Shown one piece after another: positions 9,148 to 18,657 of a stretch of 64,000 bases of DNA. The number at the start of each line of letters is the position of its first letter. Within the stretch, counting starts at the first letter, position 1. Source of the stretch: Candidatus Uhrbacteria bacterium (GTDB taxonomy: Bacteria; Patescibacteriota; Patescibacteriia; JACQRZ01). A program made the translations under genes and the position numbers. The notes below the pieces were generated by a model, which had not been told where the DNA came from, did not search any database, and saw only the letters and a program-made list of their open reading frames with translations. The DNA lies in the NCBI GenBank assembly GCA_016206175.1, contig JACQSB010000018.1:1334-65333 (forward strand), read 5' to 3'.

Positions 9148-9161
9148 TGTATTGAGGTTAA

Positions 9162-10400
9162 TTACCTGATATGTCCGTCGCCGATCACGCGATAGGCAGG
9201 TACGGTAAGATCTTCAAGCCCCATAGGGCCACGCATATGAATACGCGCGGTGCTGATGCCGACTTCCGCGCCAAGCCCGAATTGCCCCCCATCTGTCAAG
9301 CGGTTGGAAGCATTTACAAGCACGGTCGCGCTGTCAACTCGTTTGAGGAATTCTGCAGCTGCCGTTTGATTTTCCGTAATGATAGAGTCAGTGAGACCCG
9401 AACTATATTTTGCAATATGCTCAATTGCCTCATCAAGAGATGAAACCACTTTCATGGATACAATTAAATCCAGATACTCGGTATCCCAATCTTGTTCTGT
9501 TGCTGGTATGCATTCGCGATCATAGGAACACGTTTTCGCGCATCCGCGAATTTCAACTCCTTTTGCATGCAGTTGGCTGATCAGCGGTGGCATTACAGCG
9601 TCGGCAATTCCTTGGTGTATCAAAATCGTTTCAACGGAATTGCACGTGGCGGGATTTGATGTTTTTGCATTGACGGCGATCTGAATAGCCTTTTGGATGT
9701 CAGCAGCAGCGTCGATATAGGCATGGCACAACCCGCGCATGTGCTTGATCACCGGGACGCGCGCATGATCACAAACAGCTTTGATTAACGATTCGCGGCC
9801 GCGCGGGATAACCAAATCAATGTACTGTTCAAGTTGCACCAATTCATTCACGGCTTCGTGGCGGCGATCTTCGACGAGCTGGACCGCCATGGCAGGCAGT
9901 CCTGCTTGAGAAAGAGCGTCGCGGACGCAACGCATCAATGCCTCACAAGAATGCAAGGCCTCTTTACCGGGACGCAGAAGCAAGGCATTCCCGCTTTTTA
10001 TACAAAGCGCCGCAACATCGACAACAACATTAGGGCGCGATTCAAAAATAAAAACGATGACGCCGATCGGCGTACGGACACGTTCAATGCGTAGTCCGTC
10101 AGGCCGCGTCCACGATCGCACGAGCGTGCCGACCGGATCGGGAAGTTCGCGGATATCGCGTACGCCGTCTGCGATTGCGGCAATACTTGCATCCGTAAGT
10201 TCGAGGCGGCGCCGCATCGCAGGAGTGATATCGAAATGTTCGGCGATATCTTTTTTGTTAGCTTCGATGATCTGCTGCGCGGAACCGCGAAGGCACGATT
10301 CCAAATGCCGCAAAAAATCATTTTTCACTTCCGTGCTTGCAGATCGCAGTTGTATCCACGCCTCTTTTGCTTCACGCGCTTGTGTTGTGACGTCTTTCAT
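9162..10400 (-). CDS. proA: gamma-glutamyl phosphate reductase
   Basis: Aldehyde-dehydrogenase-type ProA sequence (ESRPNV, NASNRLTDGGQFGLGAE). The ORF extends to 10436, but MKDVTTQAREAK (ATG 10400) fits ProA N-termini and a TTGCAA-17-TATGCT promoter. Confidence 0.88.
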   Translation of the reverse strand: MKDVTTQAREAKEAWIQLRSASTEVKNDFLRHLESCLRGSAQQIIEANKKDIAEHFDITPAMRRRLELTDASIAAIADGVRDIRELPDPVGTLVRSWTRPDGLRIERVRTPIGVIVFIFESRPNVVVDVAALCIKSGNALLLRPGKEALHSCEALMRCVRDALSQAGLPAMAVQLVEDRRHEAVNELVQLEQYIDLVIPRGRESLIKAVCDHARVPVIKHMRGLCHAYIDAAADIQKAIQIAVNAKTSNPATCNSVETILIHQGIADAVMPPLISQLHAKGVEIRGCAKTCSYDRECIPATEQDWDTEYLDLIVSMKVVSSLDEAIEHIAKYSSGLTDSIITENQTAAAEFLKRVDSATVLVNASNRLTDGGQFGLGAEVGISTARIHMRGPMGLEDLTVPAYRVIGDGHIR

Positions 10401-10446
10401 GGAATGTAGCATACTGTCAAAAAGTATTTTTTGCAATCAAAATGTC

Positions 10447-10485
10447 AGAAAAAAGAAGCCCCACGGAAAGGATTGCACGCGGGGC
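10447..10485 (-). terminator. intrinsic terminator after the GC-rich orphan gene
   Basis: Minus strand reads GCCCCGCG...CGTGGGGC (stem with one G-U) followed by TTCTTTTTTCT. Confidence 0.6.
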
Positions 10486-10530
10486 AGAACGAAGAAAGGA
10501 TGGATGGTCCAAGAAATCGATGAGAAAGGC

Positions 10531-11040
10531 TCACACCTCTTCGACGATCCAGAGAATCCCCGGGTCAAGCATGCTGTACGTGCCGATGACTCCCTCCTCC
10601 CAGGAGTCGCCCCGTCCCTCGAGGCAGGGGAAGTACGTATCGTCCTCCGGACTGATCCATGAAGCGTCCGCCACGCAGATCATGAGCTTCCCAACACGTT
10701 CGAGTCTGTGCTCCGGATCGAGACCCGGATACAGATCCCCCCTGTGCTCAGGTGGCACCGGATACTTGTGCTTGAAAGCTCGCAGCCATTGCCCCTCGGG
10801 GCTGAAGCACTGCGATGCCAGGATGAAATCTGTCGCCTTCTGAAACGTACACGCCTCCGATGGCGTGACGATGAACCGAAACACCCTGATCTGTGCCTCG
10901 TCGATCACTACACCTGCGTGCCGCCACTCCTCTGGGGCATGTTCCTCTTCGACAAGCTCCAGCGGATCGAAGTTGTACGAGCTAAGCTCGAAAGGCTCCC
11001 CGACCTTGGGGAATTGCAGACTCCGAGAGTTGCCTCTCAT
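10531..11040 (-). CDS. hypothetical protein (169 aa), GC-rich orphan between proA and proC
   Basis: Long clean ORF with its own terminator and no recognisable motif. Composition is clearly more GC-rich than the flanking pro genes. Confidence 0.55.
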   Translation of the reverse strand: MRGNSRSLQFPKVGEPFELSSYNFDPLELVEEEHAPEEWRHAGVVIDEAQIRVFRFIVTPSEACTFQKATDFILASQCFSPEGQWLRAFKHKYPVPPEHRGDLYPGLDPEHRLERVGKLMICVADASWISPEDDTYFPCLEGRGDSWEEGVIGTYSMLDPGILWIVEEV

Positions 11041-11173
11041 TGGATTTTCCTCACTTTCCTACGAAAAGATCGTGAGCCTAGTATACAGAAAAATGTGCCC
11101 TCGTCAATTATGACGCATCAAAAACTCAAAGATTGATTCAATGCTATATCTATGCTATTTTATACTAACTACA

Positions 11174-11968
11174 ATGAAAAAAATCAAAACAATCGGAATA
11201 CTCGGCGGAGGCGTCATGGGCGAGCTGATGGCAAGCAACATCGTAAAGATATTTCCCACAGCCTCTTTAATCGTATGCGAACGCAATGGTGCGCATGCTA
11301 CCATGCTGCAAAAAAAATATCGCATTGCTGTCACGACACGGTGCGAGGATCTGATGGTGACTGACGTTATCATTCTTGCTGTGAAACCGCAGGATTTTCC
11401 ATTAGCGCGGATAATCGCAAAAAAAGATGCGCTCGTTATTTCCATTATGGCGGGGGTATCAACTGCAACAATTCGTAAACAGACACATGCAAAAAAAATC
11501 GTGCGCGCGATGCCCAACACTCCGGCGCGATTCGGTAAGGGGTTTACCGCATTTTTTGCTACGCGGACTGTTGATCGGGAAGGTATCCGATTTTGCTCGC
11601 AGCTATTTGATGGATTAGGCGTGAGCTTTCGCGTGCCGGCGGAAGAAACAATCAACAAAGTGACAGCGATAACCGGGAGCGGACCTGCTTACCTGATCGA
11701 TACTCTTGCACACTTTATGAGCGCGGCACAGAGCCTAGGGTTTTCAAAAAAAATTGCGTATCAAATGATACTGCAAACGCTCATCGGCACTGAAGCTCTT
11801 TTGGCAGATAATCCTGATCCGGAGCATCTCATCAACCAGATCGCTTCCAAAGGCGGTACAACCGAAGCTGCGCTTCGCGAATTTGAAAAAGCAGACATTC
11901 ACAAGATATGGCACAAAGCCGTTGATGCCGCCTACGCCAGGGCGCAAGAACTTGGCAAACGTATATAA
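11174..11968 (+). CDS. proC: pyrroline-5-carboxylate reductase
   Basis: MKKIKTIGILGGGVMG NADP fold and a C-terminal ASKGGTTEAAL motif. The track ORF starts at 11141, but ATG 11174 fits the Rossmann N-terminus. Confidence 0.88.
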   Translation: MKKIKTIGILGGGVMGELMASNIVKIFPTASLIVCERNGAHATMLQKKYRIAVTTRCEDLMVTDVIILAVKPQDFPLARIIAKKDALVISIMAGVSTATIRKQTHAKKIVRAMPNTPARFGKGFTAFFATRTVDREGIRFCSQLFDGLGVSFRVPAEETINKVTAITGSGPAYLIDTLAHFMSAAQSLGFSKKIAYQMILQTLIGTEALLADNPDPEHLINQIASKGGTTEAALREFEKADIHKIWHKAVDAAYARAQELGKRI

Positions 11969-11981
11969 AAGGAGAGGGACC

Positions 11982-12218
11982 CTAGACGGACCCCTCGGAA
12001 ACGATGTTCTGGTCAAAGTATTCGGCGAGATCGCCGACCCTTATCGGGTCCTTGACCAGTACTGGCTTCTTCAGCCAATTTGCGAAGTTTGTGATGAGAT
12101 TGTTGGCCACGTCGGCCGGGACTTCCTCCTCGGCGTCCAAAACGCCGGCTGTTTTCCCCATGGCACGCGCGGCAGCGCGCCCGATGTAGTTCGTAATCCC
12201 TTCTGCATAATCACTCAT
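11982..12218 (-). CDS. small hypothetical protein (78 aa), GC-rich
   Basis: ORF 11982..12248. ATG 12218 (MSDYAEG) is preceded by a strong AGGAGG. Lies 19 nt downstream of the argH stop on the same strand. Confidence 0.5.
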   Translation of the reverse strand: MSDYAEGITNYIGRAAARAMGKTAGVLDAEEEVPADVANNLITNFANWLKKPVLVKDPIRVGDLAEYFDQNIVSEGSV

Positions 12219-12267
12219 CGCCTTGCCTCCTTCGTGGGACTTATTCAAACGGAGTTAGCGGTCATTG

Positions 12268-13557
12268 TCAAGACCTCAGCCGTTTTTCATAACGATCGAA
12301 TCCAAGATTGCCGGGGGCGCCAAGGCTGATTTTCGATTTGATGTTTTCGTACGGATCGATATCTTCGTGCGAAAGCCGTTCGCATGCACGTGCATACGCG
12401 TCGCGGAACGGTATCCCTTCTTGTGTTGCCATTGCTGTTGCGATATCAGCAGAAAAAATATCTTTTTTGATCGCGGCTTTGATTGCTGCCTCATTGGGCG
12501 TAAGCGCATTGATGAGTATACCGACCACTGTGATGCTGTCTGCTGCCACCCTGGTGCTTTCGATAAGCAGTTTTTTTATCAACTGCAAATCGCGGTGGTA
12601 CCCAGACATCAAGTGAGACGCAAGGTCAACCGCGGCGGCATGATGGCTGCGCACCACCGCGCCATTGCCGCGGACAAGTTCCAAGCAGTCGAGATTGCGT
12701 TTCTGCGGCATGATGCTTGAGCCTGTTACACAGCTGTCATCTACCGAAAAAAAATCAAACTCGCGCGAGGTAAACAGGATCAAATCATTTGCGATCTTGC
12801 CTAATGTCTGCATGCATGTCGAAAGCGCTTGGAGATAAAGCGCTTCATATTTGCCGCGGCTTGACTGGCAATAGAGCGAATTCACTTGTACTCCAGAAAA
12901 GCCGAGCTCCTGCGCTGTGTATTCCCGATCGAGCGGCAATGCCACACCAAAACCGGCTGCGCTGCCAAGCGGATTTTTATCAATATGCTTGCTGACAGCT
13001 CCAAAAAAATCCCGGTCAGCAAGCAGTGACTCTGTGTAGCTGCAAAAATAATGCCCGACAGATGAAAGCATTGCTTGCTGGGTATGGGAATATCCCGGCA
13101 GAGGAATGTTTTCATATTTCTTGGCATACGCAAGCAAGGCTCGCGCAAGATCAGATGATGCATCTGAAAGCTTGCCCAGCATATCTTTCATATAGAGCCT
13201 CACCGCGACAAGAATCTGATCATTGCGGCTCCGGCCGGTATGGATCTTCTTGCCGACCGCGCCGAGCGTTTCCGTCAGATACCGCTCGATGACAGTGTGG
13301 CAGTCTTCATCCGTAGGCATGATGGTGATTGCGCGTACACTCCACTGCTCTTGCAGTGCTGCAAGCCCTGCAAGGAGTTGATCCAACTCCTTACCTGTGA
13401 GCACCCCGATACGCGCTAAGCCTTTGGCGTGCGCGCGGCTCGCAATAATGTCATATGGCATGAATACCGCATCGTTGCGGTAGTCATCCCCGATCGTGTA
13501 GCGTTCGATTATCGGATCGAGTTTTGCCGAAGATTTTTGCCAAAGTGTACCACTCAT
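12268..13557 (-). CDS. argH: argininosuccinate lyase
   Basis: Fumarate-lyase signature GSSIMPQKRN and ArgH-length alignment pattern (TGRSRNDQ). Confidence 0.92.
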   Translation of the reverse strand: MSGTLWQKSSAKLDPIIERYTIGDDYRNDAVFMPYDIIASRAHAKGLARIGVLTGKELDQLLAGLAALQEQWSVRAITIMPTDEDCHTVIERYLTETLGAVGKKIHTGRSRNDQILVAVRLYMKDMLGKLSDASSDLARALLAYAKKYENIPLPGYSHTQQAMLSSVGHYFCSYTESLLADRDFFGAVSKHIDKNPLGSAAGFGVALPLDREYTAQELGFSGVQVNSLYCQSSRGKYEALYLQALSTCMQTLGKIANDLILFTSREFDFFSVDDSCVTGSSIMPQKRNLDCLELVRGNGAVVRSHHAAAVDLASHLMSGYHRDLQLIKKLLIESTRVAADSITVVGILINALTPNEAAIKAAIKKDIFSADIATAMATQEGIPFRDAYARACERLSHEDIDPYENIKSKISLGAPGNLGFDRYEKRLRS

Positions 13558-13633
13558 AGTCTACAAAAACATAGCACGGAGCTTCTCGGAGAGCAATCTG
13601 GAATATGTGCCACGCGCAACGATCGTCTGTGTT

Positions 13634-14908
13634 CTAGTTTTTATGCAATTCGCTCTCAAAATCATACATCTGAAATGCCGTTCGCTGCGCAAGCGTGTAT
13701 ATCTCAATGAATCCTGCTGACGCGTTTTGATTGAACGTTGCATTCCGCTCAAACGTTGCAAGCGAATGGTCAAATAGAGAATACGGTGATTGCACTGCGA
13801 CTACATCAATGTTGCCTTTATATAATCTCACCGTGCATGAGCCTGTCACCTTTTTATTTTGGCTGTTCATGAATGCATGGATGTGGTACATGACAGGGTC
13901 ATACCATTTTGCCGCATAGGTCAGATATGCCCATTTTGTATCCATGAAGGTCTTTAATTCATTCTCTTCTCGAGTGGATACGAGCCGCTCGAGATTCTTA
14001 TGCGCGGCAATCAAAATGCTCGCTCCCGGATTTTCATACACGCCCCGCACCTTGAGCCCCACAAGCCGATCTTCAATCAGATGAAACACGCCCACGCCGT
14101 GCTCTGCGCCGAGTGCGTTGCAGTATTTAACGAGCTCGCTTAATTTCATCGCTTTGCCGTCCGCCTTTACGGGAATCCCTTTATCGAATTGTATAGTGAT
14201 CGTTTGCGGCGTGTCCGAAGCGCTCTCGACCGTCTTGCACCACTGCAAGATATTTTCCAGCGGAGGAATCAGCTCGGGATTTTCAATCTCTCCGCCTTCG
14301 CCGGTATTGCCCCACATGTTTTCATCATAGGAATAGGGGCTGTTCGCTTGCTGTTTGATCGGGATATGATTTTTTTCTGCGTATGCGATCTCTTCTTGGC
14401 GGCCCATCCCCCACTCCCGTACAGGAGCGATGATTTTGATCTTTGGATCAAGTGTTGTCATATATCCTTCAAATCGCACTTGATCATTCCCCTTTCCGGT
14501 GCAGCCATGCGCAATGACGGTACAGTCGTTTTCTCGCGCTGCTTTCACTGCGATTTTTGATATCGCTACTCTTCCTAACGGCGTGCTTAATGCATATCCA
14601 CCTTGATAATCAGCATTTGCCTTAATCGCCTCGGTTAAGAGGACATCGGCAAATTCATCTTTCGCGTCATACACGATCGTTTTTTTTGCTCCGAGCCGTA
14701 GCGCTTTCTCTTTGATTTCTTCCAGATTGTCAGCAGTCTGCCCCAGATCGATCGTGAGCGTGATGACATCGCACTGATACTCCTCTTGGATCCATTTGAG
14801 CATCACGGATGTATCAAGCCCTCCGGAATACAAAAGAAGGCAGGAGCTAAACTCCCCTTTCTGCGCCTCATGGGAGGCTACCTTTTTATAGGATGTAGCA
14901 CTATTCAT
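13634..14908 (-). CDS. argG: argininosuccinate synthase
   Basis: LLLYSGGLDTS ATP-PPase motif and AHGCTGKGNDQVRFE. The track ORF reaches 15001, but that part overlaps the T-box terminator. ATG 14908 (MNSATSYKK) is the likely start. Confidence 0.9.
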   Translation of the reverse strand: MNSATSYKKVASHEAQKGEFSSCLLLYSGGLDTSVMLKWIQEEYQCDVITLTIDLGQTADNLEEIKEKALRLGAKKTIVYDAKDEFADVLLTEAIKANADYQGGYALSTPLGRVAISKIAVKAARENDCTVIAHGCTGKGNDQVRFEGYMTTLDPKIKIIAPVREWGMGRQEEIAYAEKNHIPIKQQANSPYSYDENMWGNTGEGGEIENPELIPPLENILQWCKTVESASDTPQTITIQFDKGIPVKADGKAMKLSELVKYCNALGAEHGVGVFHLIEDRLVGLKVRGVYENPGASILIAAHKNLERLVSTREENELKTFMDTKWAYLTYAAKWYDPVMYHIHAFMNSQNKKVTGSCTVRLYKGNIDVVAVQSPYSLFDHSLATFERNATFNQNASAGFIEIYTLAQRTAFQMYDFESELHKN

Positions 14909-14930
14909 ACTTATTACGATTACATAAATT

Positions 14931-15300
14931 AAAAAACTCTCGTTCCAACTCATCAACAAAAAACATGTTGATGAAGGAGCGAGAGTTTTTCGCGGTACCA
15001 TCCTTCATTCCCCCTTATCCTCGCGGATGAAGGGCTCTGCCAGTGCGTCCTTTTCAATGAAAGGCTACACTGTCGCGTATGATGACGGACGCGTGCCGGC
15101 GGCACCTACTTGTTCCGTTTTGCAGCGCTTGCATCCGCGCTGCGGAACTTTCTTCGGCTGCTACCAAAGGATAGGAATCTTCCTATCCTTAAGAGGCGCG
15201 TTCGAAATACTCTGTGTCATCGGGCTTTCACCATTCCCCGACTCGCTTGCCGTACGCAGCTACGCACAGCTTTGACACCGTAGCATTCCTACTATTCCTC
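14931..15300 (-). promoter_or_regulatory. T-box leader (tRNA-sensing riboswitch), Arg CGC specifier, with intrinsic terminator
   Basis: Minus strand shows the Stem I distal motif GAGUCGGGGAAUGGUGAAAGCCCGAUGA, the specifier loop AGAGUAUUUCGAA-CGC-G, the Stem II hairpin AAGGAUAGGAAGAUUCCUAUCCUU and the T-box AAGGAUGGUACCGCG. The terminator is CUCUCGCUCC...GGAACGAGAG plus UUUUUU ending near 14931. Confidence 0.8.
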
Positions 15301-15374
15301 GTGGTATTTCAATCTTCTTTTTTAAATGTACAAAAATAGAATGACACAAACAAAAAATCTGTCAAGAATTTTTG

Positions 15375-15995
15375 CTATTCAACCGATATAGATGTAATCA
15401 CAACATCCTCTAACGGCTTGTCAGAGGCATTGGTCTGCACTGCGCCGATTGCATCTACCACTTCCTGTCCCGCTGTGACCGCGCCAAAGATCGTATAGTT
15501 ATTCGGCAATGGATAATCCTCCAACATGATGAAAAATTGGCTGCCGTTCGTGTTTGGTCCTGCGTTTGCCATCGCTACCACTCCTTTTCTATATCCGCGC
15601 TGATAGCTCTCTGTTGCCGGGTTTAGCTCATCTTCAAATGTGTAGCCGGGGCCACCAGTGCCGTCGCCGTTCGGATCTCCGCCCTGGATCATAAATCCGC
15701 TTATGACGCGGTGAAACTTCAGACCATCGTAAAATCCCTTTGAAGCAAGGGTGACAAAATTCTCAACAGTCTTTGGCGCATCAACATCGTACGTCTGAAA
15801 CGTGATATCGCCCTTTGAAGTGTGAAGCGTGATAGAATGCATGCCGTTTTTTGTAATGATTGAGGATTGCTCTGGAGATGATGCTGTCGGACGTCCTGCC
15901 TTCTGGTTGTCAGAGCCAGAGAATGCAGCCCATGATACCGCTCCGCCGACGACAAGAAAAATCCCAGCCGCAACAATGACTTTTATATTATTCAT
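15375..15995 (-). CDS. membrane-anchored cyclophilin-type peptidyl-prolyl cis-trans isomerase
   Basis: N-terminal TM helix followed by FHRVISGFMIQGGDP...GSQFFI cyclophilin motifs. Confidence 0.9.
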   Translation of the reverse strand: MNNIKVIVAAGIFLVVGGAVSWAAFSGSDNQKAGRPTASSPEQSSIITKNGMHSITLHTSKGDITFQTYDVDAPKTVENFVTLASKGFYDGLKFHRVISGFMIQGGDPNGDGTGGPGYTFEDELNPATESYQRGYRKGVVAMANAGPNTNGSQFFIMLEDYPLPNNYTIFGAVTAGQEVVDAIGAVQTNASDKPLEDVVITSISVE

Positions 15996-16006
15996 AGCAG
16001 GATAGC

Positions 16007-16609
16007 TTAGTGTGACAAAAGGTAGAAATCGAGCTTTTTTCCAAACTCTGCAGCTTGTTCGCTCGTTGCGGCATTGTACCTTTCCTTATGAAGTTCCGAT
16101 TCCGCGCCATGCTGATAAAAAACGGTTTTTACTTCTTCGGCAGTAGCGCCTTCAGCAACAAAGTCGCATTTCTCGCCTGTCAAATCCTTACACACGATCT
16201 TGTGGGTTGCGCGAGCCGTGCTGGTCGTCCACCATTCTTTGAAATTTCGGGGCATTCCTCCGAGAAGGAAAAATAATGCGAGGGGAGCGCCCCAATTTGC
16301 CCATCGTTCCACAAAATCCCACATCGGATCCGGACCGACCGGCCAGCGAATCATGGCAGTCCAAAGCCCCCATACTGACATCCATGCGAGCGGGGCTCGC
16401 ATCGGACGCACCAAAACGAGAAGCGCGAGCGTAAGATCCATTGCCCCGATAAGAGGCATCAGGGTGAGAGCCGTATCAGGTGCGATGCCGACTGCTTCAA
16501 AGTATTTCAACCAGCCGTTTTTTTGCTCCAGGGCAAAAACACCATGACCGACGAACTCTCCCGCGATGGCGATCCGTAATACCCATTGTGCGAGGCGTGC
16601 CTGATTCAT
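16007..16609 (-). CDS. DoxX-like membrane domain fused to DUF1059-type small metal-binding domain
   Basis: Four predicted TM helices. The C-terminal KIVCKDLTGEKCDFVAEGATAEEV...HGAESELHKE resembles the DUF1059 family. Confidence 0.55.
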   Translation of the reverse strand: MNQARLAQWVLRIAIAGEFVGHGVFALEQKNGWLKYFEAVGIAPDTALTLMPLIGAMDLTLALLVLVRPMRAPLAWMSVWGLWTAMIRWPVGPDPMWDFVERWANWGAPLALFFLLGGMPRNFKEWWTTSTARATHKIVCKDLTGEKCDFVAEGATAEEVKTVFYQHGAESELHKERYNAATSEQAAEFGKKLDFYLLSH

Positions 16610-16649
16610 AGAATAATGTTATGATTTTCCACACTCTACCGCGCTATCC

Positions 16650-17054
16650 TCACTTTTGCAAATAGCGTCGACGAAATTCCTTTTCATCGCCATAGCGGAG
16701 AAACGCACCGTGATGCTGCGGCTCGACATAATTTCGCAATTTCTTATTACGGATACTGCACCAGTATGCTTCTGTCTCTCCTGCGATTACGGATGCGTAA
16801 AGAAGCAATCCATTTGCATAGCTGCAATACTGGCAGTTGATCTTTTCCCACCAAGTAAGATAAGTAAGACGCGCTCGATCAAATCGGAAATACTGTTTCC
16901 GTGGCACGTACGGAATCCCATAGAGCGGAAAACAGATACGTTGATAGATCTCGGTAGAAATATCCAAGATCACCAGCGGAACAATAAGCCCGTAGATAAA
17001 TGGACCGGCGAGAAAATGATTCACCAAGCGCTCTGGATGACGCTTATATTCCAT
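16650..17054 (-). CDS. hypothetical membrane protein (134 aa) with CxxC
   Basis: One or two TM helices and a CQYCSYANG motif. Lies directly downstream of znuB on the same strand. Confidence 0.5.
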   Translation of the reverse strand: MEYKRHPERLVNHFLAGPFIYGLIVPLVILDISTEIYQRICFPLYGIPYVPRKQYFRFDRARLTYLTWWEKINCQYCSYANGLLLYASVIAGETEAYWCSIRNKKLRNYVEPQHHGAFLRYGDEKEFRRRYLQK

Positions 17055-17069
17055 AAGAGAGATGAGGGC

Positions 17070-17882
17070 TCAAAAGGTCTTACATGCGCGAACGAGAATA
17101 GCGCAAAAGAAAAAAGCTGCGGCTGACAGCACGATAACTGCCCCCGTTGGAAAATCCAGTAGATATGATACTGCTAATCCGGTGATCACTGCAAGTTCGC
17201 CCCCCACGATGCTCCCGAGGATCATGCCACGTAAAGAGCGAGCAAGTAATTTCGCCGTAGACGGAGGAATGACAAGCAAAGCGCTGACTAAAATAATGCC
17301 CAACAACTTAATGCCCAACACGATGGTGACAGAAAGAATGATATAAAAGAAAAAATCGAATAATCCAGTGCGGATGCCGGAAAGCCAGGCGGACTCTTTA
17401 TCAAGCGCGAGCATGGTAAGCTGACGGCGCGTGAAAGCGAGAATCACAAAGATGAGCCCCGAAAATATCGTTATCACAAGCAAATCGTAGGAATTGATCG
17501 TAAGGATATTTCCAAACAAAAAACTCATAAGCTCCGGCTGATATCCGCGCTGGAGGCTTAAAAGTACAAGTCCGACAGAGAACGCCGTAGTAAACAAAAC
17601 GCCAATCAGGGCATCAGGCGCAAGTATGGTCTTGTGTTCCAAGAGGTAGATAACGATACCAACGAGTATGCCGACACCGACCGCGGAGAGAAAGGGATCC
17701 GCGCCGCTCAATACGCCTAGAGCAACTCCGGCAAGCGAGGCATGCGCAACGCCGTCACCGAAAAAAGACATATTGCGCAACGTAACGAATACTCCAAGAA
17801 AGGGCAAGATCAATCCAAGCGCGAGTCCTGCGAAAAGCGCCTTTTGCAGAAAGGGAAGTTGAAAGGCGGTAAAAATGTCCAT
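17070..17882 (-). CDS. znuB: metal (Zn/Mn) ABC transporter permease
   Basis: ABC-3 family permease pattern (FFGDGVAHASLAGVALG). Start is 2 nt from the znuC stop. Confidence 0.85.
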   Translation of the reverse strand: MDIFTAFQLPFLQKALFAGLALGLILPFLGVFVTLRNMSFFGDGVAHASLAGVALGVLSGADPFLSAVGVGILVGIVIYLLEHKTILAPDALIGVLFTTAFSVGLVLLSLQRGYQPELMSFLFGNILTINSYDLLVITIFSGLIFVILAFTRRQLTMLALDKESAWLSGIRTGLFDFFFYIILSVTIVLGIKLLGIILVSALLVIPPSTAKLLARSLRGMILGSIVGGELAVITGLAVSYLLDFPTGAVIVLSAAAFFFCAILVRACKTF

Positions 17883-17883
17883 A

Positions 17884-18657
17884 TTACGATTTTTCCTGGT
17901 GCTGATAGAGACTTACATCTTTACCGTACAACTGCTGCAAGGTCTGCGGCGTAAGGACATCGATCGGCGCGCCATGGCATACTAATGTTTTATTCAAACA
18001 CAGTACGGTATCGGCAAAACGCGCCACAATATCGATCTCGTGGGATACCATCACAATTGTATTGGCATGTTCTTTATGCAGATGAAGGATCAAATCATAA
18101 AACGTCTGCTCGCCTCCAATATCAATGCCGGAAGCAGGTTCGTCGAGAAATAAAATCTCCGGCGAGTGCAGTACGCTACGTATCACAAGCGTGCGTTGAA
18201 GCTGGCCGCCCGAAAGCGAACCAAGCCGTGCTGTCCGCATCGCGCTCATGCCTAAATGTTCCAGATATTCATCGATCCGTTCCTCTGGCACCGCCGGATG
18301 AGAAAACCGTAAAAATTCAAATACCGTGATCGGAAAGGTATGGTCAATAGCAAACCGCTGGGGCACATAGCCAACGCGCGGACGGGCTTCACTCGGAGCA
18401 AGACCGAGCACTTCAATGCTTCCGCTGGTCGGTGGAATGAGCCCCAGGAGAGCTTTAAGGAATGTCGTTTTCCCGGAACCATTCGGGCCCACGATAATAG
18501 CTACAGAACCGGAAGGAATAGAGCAAGAGATGTTCTGTAATATCGGCGTGCCATCGCCGTATGAGAAGGCCAGGTTATTGACTGTGATTGCAGCGCGGGA
18601 ATGCAGATGAAAGTCTCTATGATTACTGTTGAATGGGAATGTCGCTGAATGCTCCAA
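17884..18657 (-). CDS. znuC: metal ABC transporter ATP-binding protein
   Basis: Walker A GPNGSGKTT, signature LSGGQLQR and Walker B LFLDEP. Confidence 0.88.
   Translation of the reverse strand: MEHSATFPFNSNHRDFHLHSRAAITVNNLAFSYGDGTPILQNISCSIPSGSVAIIVGPNGSGKTTFLKALLGLIPPTSGSIEVLGLAPSEARPRVGYVPQRFAIDHTFPITVFEFLRFSHPAVPEERIDEYLEHLGMSAMRTARLGSLSGGQLQRTLVIRSVLHSPEILFLDEPASGIDIGGEQTFYDLILHLHKEHANTIVMVSHEIDIVARFADTVLCLNKTLVCHGAPIDVLTPQTLQQLYGKDVSLYQHQEKS

Noticed and set aside
14909-15001. N-terminal extensions of track ORFs (argG to 15001; also 2441..2545, 24097..24210, 31857..31928, 46300..46476, 58097..58225, 59051..59200)
   Set aside because: The extensions overlap a T-box terminator, promoter/operator elements, a neighbouring gene or a terminator. 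Their translations are non-protein-like. Internal ATGs give canonical N-termini or signal peptides.
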